Below, piece after piece: positions 36,067 through 44,186 of a stretch of 44,186 nucleotides of DNA. How positions within the stretch are numbered: the first letter of the stretch is position 1; every line of letters begins with the position of its first letter. The position numbers and the translations under genes are program-made. The notes below the pieces were generated by a model. That model saw only the letters and a list, made by a program, of their open reading frames with translations. It had not been told where the DNA came from and did not search any database. The DNA is from Torpedo marmorata (taxonomy: Eukaryota): positions 7,254,001-7,298,186 of the forward strand of contig OZ360239.1 in NCBI GenBank assembly GCA_977017645.1. Reading direction: 5' to 3'.

Positions 36067-36734
36067 AATGTACCTGTGTACCCTGCCTCACCTATTTGAC
36101 TCGAAAGCACATGAATCCATCAGACAGGAGATGGCGCTTACAGATTGCAGATACCTCTCTGGCGACCCGTATGGTGTAACTGGAACAGTCTCGGATTGCC
36201 CACCGGGTTGTTGGAGAAAACAAACCTCAAATGGGTGTTAGAAAAGGTGAAATTGAGAGCCAGCTGGCTGGATTGCTAGAGAATGATTTCAAAAGGAATA
36301 TTTGCACTTGATGCTGCAAGCAAAGTAAAGCATGTTTATGGGCATTTGGCCTTGTTGTTGAGTGCTTCACTTTCAACTTGTTTGATCTCTATTGACAGTG
36401 TCGTTGTTTGGTCTCTGGTACAGGTGCATGTGTAACCTCTGGCCTCAGTCACAAAATAACCTGGGAATGAATGCCACTCATTACTGAGCACTGACAGCCT
36501 TCCTGACAGTACAATCGGACAGGCAGCAGACACTCTGCTGCGGACACATTTTCGTCTTGTCTGCACAATTTGAATCTTCTGATTTCCCTAACTGCTATGC
36601 AACTTGAATCGTCAGTCAGTGATAAAGGAGGATGTGTATTTAAATTGCATTCTCAGGAACAACAGACCAGAGCTCAATGAATTCTGTGCAAATGCTATTG
36701 GGGGAGGGGAAATGCAAGCAAGGAATTTTTAAAA

Positions 36735-39700
36735 ATTCATTCTCAGGATCTGGATGTTGCTAGCAAAGCCAAAACTTGTCATCTTTTTAGTTGCCATGAT
36801 ACAGTGGTGATGAACCACCTCCTTGAAATGGTGCCAGTTCTTCTGATGACAGTCCTCCACTTGAGTAGGGAGTTCAGGGATTTAGACAGCATTGATGACA
36901 GGTCAGTATATATTTTCTAGTCAATATGGCAATCAAGTTGGAGGAACCTGCAGATAGTGATGTGTTCTCATGCAGCTGCTGCCCTTTTGCCCTTGGTGTC
37001 ATGGGTTTCAGAGGTGCTGTGGGTGAGGCCTGGGTGAGTGCAGTGCATTTTGTAGACATGAGCCATTGCAGCCACTGTCCATTGGTGGTGGACAGGATGA
37101 GTTTTAGTGTAGTTGATACGGAGCCACTTAAGCAGCTGTTTTATCTTGGATGTTGAGAATTGTTCATGCTGCATTGATCCAGACAAATTGAGAGTGTCCT
37201 CTTTTTAAAAAAAAAAATATTTTATTTAAAATTTTTAAATCACGAAATACATAAAGTAAAATATGAAATTATTTGTGATACATTTTCACCCCCCCTCCCC
37301 AACCCTCCCAACCCCACTAATCTAATAAAAATATAAAATAAAAATAGAAAAAGAAGAAAAAGAAAGAAAGAGAAGGATAGAGTTAGGGGAATGCCAATCT
37401 ATAAACTACTTCTATTATGGAGGTCAAGTATGCCAGTAGACCCAATACCCAGAGATCTTCAAATTCTTAAGCCAACAGCTCTCGTATATGGGCTCCAAAT
37501 TTTAAAGAAAAAATGATATTTGTTACGTAAGTTATAAGTAATTTTTTTAAAGTGGTATACACGAACGAAGTTCTGCATGCCATCTTTCTAATCTTAAATC
37601 TAAATCAGATTTCCATGTAATAGCAATGCATTTCTTTGAAACAGCTAAAGCAATTCGCAAAAATTCTATTTGATACATATTTAATTTCATCTTAATACTA
37701 AATTTTCTAATATCTCCAAACAAAAATATCATAGGATCCATTGGAAACGTAATTTTAAATACTTTATCTAAATTTTTTTAAACTTTCAGCCAAAAATCAT
37801 AAACTTTTGGACAAAACCATGTAGAATGTACAAAAGATCCTTCTTCTTTATTACATCTAAAACATAAACCTGATAATGTCGGATTAAATTTCTTTAATTT
37901 TTTAGGTGTTAAATATAATTGGTGAAAAAAATTGTATTGTACTAATCTATATCTAACATTAATAATCTTCGTCATACTTAATTAAGAGAATTCTTTCCAA
38001 TGATTTTCATCTATTCTTACATTCAAATCTAATTCCCATTTTAATCTTGATTTATGCAATCCTACTTTAGGCATTTTCCTCTGAAACAATTTATACATTT
38101 GAGAAATAAATTTATTAACATCTCCATTAGTAACTAATAATTCTAATTCATTTTGCCTTGGTAAAATCAAAGCATAACCTAATTTCTCAATCAAAAAAGC
38201 TCTAATTTGATAATAAGCAAAAAGTGTATTATCTAATATTAAATTTATCTTTCATTCTTTGAAAAGTAATAAATTTCTCAGCTTCAAAACAGTCATTAAT
38301 CTTAATTCCTTTTTGAAACCAAATTTTGAATAATTGATTATTAATAGTAAATGGAATAAGTCCATTTTGATATAAAGGCATCCTTGAAGAAATCAATCCT
38401 TTTCCTCCTATTTCCTTATCCGTCTTATTCCATATTTCTAACAAATGTTTAAAAATAGGCGAATTTTTCTTTCTTGTTGATATTAATTTGGAATCCCATT
38501 TATAAATAATTTCTTCTTTGGAATCTTCTCCTATATTATTTAATTCTATTTAAATCCATGCAGAAGATTTAGTTGAATCAAAAAATTCATTAATAAATTT
38601 TAGTTGAGCTGCTTTATAATAATATTGGAAATTAGGAAGTTGTAAACCACCCATTTCATAATTCCAAGTTAATTTTTCCATACCTACTCTTGCTAACTTT
38701 CCTTTCCATAAAAATTTTCTAATAATTGAATTTAAATCTTTAAAAAAATTTTGAGGAATTCCATAAGGAATTGATTGAAAAAGATATTGAATTCTTGGAA
38801 AAACATTCATTTTAATACAGTTTACTCTTCCCATTAAAGTTATAGGTAAATCTTTCCAATTTTCTAAATCTTTCTTTATTTTCACAAATAATGGTAAATA
38901 ATTTAATTTATATAAATTAGTCAATTTTGTATCGACCCTTATTCCCAAATATTTAATTCCTTCCTTTGTCCATTTAAATTGTGTGATTTCTTTACATCTA
39001 CTATAATCCCCTTGTGATAATGCCATAATTTCACTTTTATCAGAGTTAATCTTATATCCAGATATTTCCCCATATTCTCTCAATAACAGAGACAATTGTA
39101 CTAAGGATGTAGTAGATTTTGTCATATATCAATACATCATCTGCAAACAAACTAATTTTATGTTCTTCCATTCCAACTTTAATACCAACTATTTTAGGAT
39201 CTTTTCTAACTAATTCTGCCAAGGGTTCTATCGCCAAAATAAATAATGCTGGTGACAAAGGACATCCTTGTCTAGTAGATCGAGTCAAAGGAAATCTTGA
39301 AGAAGTTTGTCCATTTGTAACTACTTTAGCTGATGGTTCTTTATATAAAATTTTAATCCAATGAATAAATGTATTTCCAAAACCAAATTTCTCCAATACC
39401 TTAAATAAAAAATTCCACTCTAATCTATTGAAAGCCTTTTCAGCATCTAAAGTTAAAACTAATGGTAAATCTTCCTTCTTTTTATGTAAATTGATTAAAC
39501 TAATCAATCTAGCTATATTATCTTTTGAATATCTATTTTTAATAAAACCAGCTTGATCTCCATGAATGAAGTCTGGTAAATAACTAGCCATTCTATTTGC
39601 TAAAATCTTTGCCATTATCTTGTAATCTACATTTAATAATGAAATAGGTCTATAAGATTCAGTTTTCAATACATCTCTATCTTTCTTTGGTATAACTGTA

Positions 39701-41030
39701 ATTATTGCATTTAAAAAAAGTATCTGGTAAAGAGTGAGATTCCGTAATTTGATTCAATACCTCCATATATGGAGGTATTAATAAATCTTTAAACTCTTTA
39801 TAAAATTCTGATGGAAATCCATCATCACCTGGAGATTTACCACTCTTTAGCGAAGTAAGAACTTCATTAACTTCCCTCATTGAAAAAGGTAAATCTAAAG
39901 ATTCTCTACTTTGAGTATTCAATTTAGGTAATATAATTTTAGATAAAAATGTAGTAATTTTAGAGTCATCTTGATCAAACTGAGATTTATATAAATTCAA
40001 ATAATAATCTTTAAAAGAATCATTTATTTCTCGAGGTTTATAAGTTATTTCTCTAGAGTTCTTTTTCCTTATAGCGTTTATAGTTCTAGAAGTTTGGTTT
40101 TTTTAAATTGCCATGCCAAAACTTTGAGCTCTTTCCCCTAATTCATAATATCTTTGTTTAGTTCTTTCAATTAGTTTTTCCATTCTATATGTTTGTAATA
40201 AATTATAATGTAATTTCTTCCCAATTAAACGATACCTTTTTTGAATTGATCTGTTTTTTTTTGTAAATCTTTTTCCAAACATTCAATCTCCTTCTCTAAT
40301 TTTTCTACTTCCCTAAGATAATCTTTCTTAATTTTTGCTGAATAGCTTATTATTTGACCTCTTAAATAAGCTTTTAAAGCTTCCCAAATAATAAATTTAT
40401 TATCAGTGGAATTAGAATTTATTTGTAGAAATTCCTGAATTTCCCTTCTCATATAATCACAAAAATCTTTTCTTTTTCCGGAATTATACAAGATATTAGT
40501 AAAGGTGAATGATCAGAAATAATTCTCGCTTTATACGATGCTTGCGTTATTCTATCTTGAACCTGTGAAGACAATAAAAATAAATCTATCCTAGAATATG
40601 AATCATGCCTGAAAGAATAAAAAGAATAATCTTTTTCTCTAGGATTCAATTTCCTCCAAATATCTACTAAATTTAAATCTTTCATCAAAGAAAGAACTCT
40701 TTTAGCAATTTTAGTTTTAGCAAGTGATCTTGAAGTTTTATCCATTATTGGATCTAGACAACAATTAAAGTCTCCCCCAATTAAAATAGAGAGTGTCCTC
40801 TTTACCAGATTTGTTTCGTAGATGGTGGAAAAGCCTTGGGAAATCAGGTGAGTTGCTCTTTGGAGAATACCCAATTGTATGATCTGATCTTTTAGCAATG
40901 GTATTTATGGGTTGGCTTAGTTGAGTTTCTGGTCCATGGTCATCTCAGAGGGGTGGGGGGGGGGGACATAGCAATTGTAGTACCATTGAATGTCAGGGGT
41001 AGGTGATTGGACTCTTTATTTGGAAATAAA
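36735..41030 (-). mobile_element. Old CR1/L2-group LINE fragment split by L1 copy 3
   Basis: Segments 36735-37204 and 40789-41030 join across the L1 TSD. Decayed and not open; family assignment is from pattern recognition only. Confidence 0.55.
37205..40788 (-). mobile_element. 5'-truncated L1-clade LINE (copy 3), multiply frameshifted ORF2
   Basis: GGDFN, SRID, SDH, FADD and CFRC motifs in fragments. 15-bp TSD GAGAGTGTCCTCTTT (37190-37204 / 40789-40803). The 3' UTR is closest to copy 1. Confidence 0.95.
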
Positions 41031-41089
41031 TAATTGACATTTTGATGACATAAATGTTTGTAATTTACAATAGTGCCGCAACAGCGTGG

Positions 41090-41305
41090 TTCTCCCAGTG
41101 GCCACCTATTTCAATTCCCCATCCCATTCCCTTGCTGACATGTCTGTCCATGGACACATGCACTGCCAGACTGAGATCACCTGCAAATTGAAGGAACAAC
41201 ACCTCATCTTCCGCCTGGGCATCCTCCAACTGGATGGCATTACAGCAATGTCTCTGTTTCCGTTCAAACCCCGCCCCCCATCTTTGTCCCCGTCTCCTTT
41301 TCACT
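41090..41305 (+). mobile_element. Penelope-like element fragment (C-terminus of GIY-YIG endonuclease region)
   Basis: Reads PVATYFNSPSHSLADMSVHGHMHCQTEITCKLKEQHLIFRLGILQLDGI, matching the PLE E..LI..LG.L.P.G.N end motif. Confidence 0.8.
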
Positions 41306-44186
41306 CTGTCTCTCGGTCTGTCTCTCTCTCTCTCGGTCTGTCTCTCTCTCGCTCGGTCTGTCTCTCTCTCGCTCGGTCTGTCTCTCTCTCGCTCGGTCTC
41401 TCTCTCGCTCGGTCTGGCTCTCTCTCGCTCGGTCTGGCTCTCTCTCGCTCGGTCTGGCTCTCTCTCTCGCTCGGTCTGGCTCTCTCTCTCGCTCGGTCTG
41501 GCTCTCTCTCTCGCTCGGTCTGGCTCTCTCTCTCGCTCGGTCTGGCTCTCTCTCTCGCTCGGTCTGGCTCTCTCTCGCTCGGTCTGGCTCTCTCTCGCTC
41601 GGTCTGGCTCTGTCTCGCTCGGTCTGGCTCTGTCTCGCTCGGTCTGGCTCTGTCTCGCTCGGTCTGGCTCTGTCTCGCTCGGTGTGGCTCTGTCTCGCTC
41701 GGTCTGGCTCTGTCTCGCTCGGTCTGGCTCTGTCTCGCTCGGTCTGGCTCTGTCTCGCTCGGTCTGGCTCTGTCTCGCTCGGTCTGGCTCTGTCTCGCTC
41801 GGTCTGGCTCTGTCTCGCTCTCTCTCTCTCCGTCTCGGTCTGGCTCTCTCTCGCTCTCTCTCTCTCCGTCTCGGTCTGGCTCTCTCTCGCTCTCTCTCTC
41901 TCCGTCTCGGTCTGGCTCTCTCTCGCTCTCTCTCTCTCCGTCTCGGTCTGGCTCTCTCTCGCTCTCTCTCTCTCCGTCTCGGTCTGGCTCTCTCTCGCTC
42001 TCTCTCTCTCCGTCTCGGTCTGGCTCTCTCTCGCTCTCTCTCTCTCCGTCTCGGTCTGGCTCTCTCTCGCTCTCTCTCTCTCCGTCTCGGTCTGGCTCTC
42101 TCTCGCTCTCTCTCTCTCCGTCTCGGTCTGGCTCTCTCTCGCTCTCTGGCTCTCTCTCTCTNNNNNNNNNNNNNNNNNNNNNNNNNNNNNNNNNNNNNNN
42201 NNNNNNNNNNNNNNNNNNNNNNNNNNNNNNNNNNNNNNNNNNNNNNNNNNNNNNNNNNNNNNNNNNNNNNNNNNNNNNNNNNNNNNNNNNNNNNNNNNNN
42301 NNNNNNNNNNNNNNNNNNNNNNNNNNNNNNNNNNNNNNNNNNNNNNNNNNNNNNNNNNNNNNNNNNNNNNNNNNNNNNNNNNNNNNNNNNNNNNNNNNNN
42401 NNNNNNNNNNNNNNNNNNNNNNNNNNNNNNNNNNNNNNNNNNNNNNNNNNNNNNNNNNNNNNNNNNNNNNNNNNNNNNNNNNNNNNNNNNNNNNNNNNNN
42501 NNNNNNNNNNNNNNNNNNNNNNNNNNNNNNNNNNNNNNNNNNNNNNNNNNNNNNNNNNNNNNNNNNNNNNNNNNNNNNNNNNNNNNNNNNNNNNNNNNNN
42601 NNNNNNNNNNNNNNNNNNNNNNNNNNNNNNNNNNNNNNNNNNNNNNNNNNNNNNNNNNNNNNNNNNNNNNNNNNNNNNNNNNNNNNNNNNNNNNNNNNNN
42701 NNNNNNNNNNNNNNNNNNNNNNNNNNNNNNNNNNNNNNNNNNNNNNNNNNNNNNNNNNNNNNNNNNNNNNNNNNNNNNNNNNNNNNNNNNNNNNNNNNNN
42801 NNNNNNNNNNNNNNNNNNNNNNNNNNNNNNNNNNNNNNNNNNNNNNNNNNNNNNNNNNNNNNNNNNNNNNNNNNNNNNNNNNNNNNNNNNNNNNNNNNNN
42901 NNNNNNNNNNNNNNNNNNNNNNNNNNNNNNNNNNNNNNNNNNNNNNNNNNNNNNNNNNNNNNNNNNNNNNNNNNNNNNNNNNNNNNNNNNNNNNNNNNNN
43001 NNNNNNNNNNNNNNNNNNNNNNNNNNNNNNNNNNNNNNNNNNNNNNNNNNNNNNNNNNNNNNNNNNNNNNNGGCGCTCTCTCTGGCGCTCTCTCTGGCGC
43101 TCTCTCTGGCGCTCTCTCTGGCGCTCTCTCTGGCGCTCTCTCTGGCGCTCTCTCTGGCGCTCTCTCTGGCGCTCTCTCTGGCGCTCTCTGGCGCTCTCTG
43201 GCGCTCTCTCTGGCGCTCTCTCTGGCGCTCTCTCTGGCGCTCTCTCTGGCGCTCTCTCTGGCGCTCTCTCTGGCGCTCTCTCTGGCGCTCTCTCTGGCTC
43301 TCTCTCTGGCTCTCTCTCTGNNNNNNNNNNNNNNNNNNNNNNNNNNNNNNNNNNNNNNNNNNNNNNNNNNNNNNNNNNNNNNNNNNNNNNNNNNNNNNNN
43401 NNNNNNNNNNNNNNNNNNNNNNNNNNNNNNNNNNNNNNNNNNNNNNNNNNNNNNNNNNNNNNNNNNNNNNNNNNNNNNNNNNNNNCTGGCTCTGGCTCTC
43501 TCTCTGGCTCTGGCTCTCTCTCTGGCTCTGGCTCTCTCTCTGGCTCTGGCTCTCTCTCTGGCTCTGGCTCTCTCTCTGGCTCTGGCTCTCTCTCTCTCTC
43601 TCTCTCTGGCTCTCTCTCTCTCTCTGGCTCTCTCTATCTGGCTCTCTCTCTCTCTCTCTCTGGCTCGCTCTCTCTCCCTGGCTCGCTCTCTCTCTCTGGC
43701 TCGCTCTCTCTCTCTCTGGCTCGCTCTCTGGCTCTCTGGCTCCCTCTCTGGCTCTCTCTCTCCCTGGCTCTCTGGCTCTCGGTCTCTCTGGCTCTCGGTC
43801 TCTCTGGCTCTCGGTCTCTCTGGCTCTCGGTCTCTCTGGCTCTCGGTCTCTCTGGCTCTCGGTCTCTCTGGCTCTCGGTCTCTCTGGCTCTCGGTCTCTC
43901 TGGCTCTCGGTCTCTCTGGCTCTCGGTCTCTCTGGCTCTCGGTCTCTCTGGCTCTCGGTCTCTCTGGCTCTCGGTCTCTCGGTCTCTCGGTCTCTCTGGC
44001 TCTCGGTCTCTCTGGCTCTCGGTCTCTCTGGCTCTCGGTCTCTCTGGCTCTCGGTCCTCTCTGGCTCTCGGTCTCTCTCTCTGGCTCTCGGTCTCTCTCT
44101 CTGGCTCTTGGTCTCTCTCTCTGGCTCTCGGTCTCTCTCTCTGGCTCTCGGTTTCTCTCTCTGGCTCTCGGTCTCTCTCTCTGGCT
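41306..44186. repeat. Compound CT-rich micro/minisatellite with two assembly gaps
   Basis: Sub-arrays of 20-mer GGTCTGGCTCTGTCTCGCTC, a 36-mer (41821-42145), 12-mer GGCGCTCTCTCT and 16-mer GGCTCTCGGTCTCTCT. N gaps at 42162-43071 and 43321-43485. Confidence 0.97.

Overview
Eukaryotic (vertebrate) genomic DNA. The repeat repertoire (V-domain tRNA SINEs, CR1, Penelope palindromes, AT-rich L1, Rex1/Babar) suggests a cartilaginous fish, probably a ray or shark (inference). The only host gene is the 3' part of mitoferrin-2 (slc25a28): three + strand coding exons at 443-671, 5053-5109 and 19118-19638 splice in frame to 268 aa plus stop, and the first exon lies outside the window. The rest is mostly transposon-derived: three L1-clade LINEs with TSDs, many CR1/L2 fragments, Rex1/Babar pieces, nested hAT elements, a Chapaev3-like derivative, a solo LTR, Penelope remnants, SINEs, and a terminal CT-rich satellite with assembly gaps. 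The most interesting signal is a putative retroposon 'host and passengers' system. A ~1 kb insertion headed by a full-length U2 snRNA-like sequence, a headless sister copy, and a 5S rRNA-headed SINE all end in the same 3' module as the Rex1/Babar LINE (covarying hairpin, AATYTCAKG, TGACAATAA, short repeat tail). Other notable points: a solo LTR flanked by a ~510 bp duplication instead of a TSD, the same +1 frameshift between EN and RT in two diverged L1 copies, a 161-nt AG-exclusion zone with a distant branch point before the last mitoferrin exon, and a 28-bp hairpin-mediated microinversion. All calls come from reading the sequence by eye; no searches were run.
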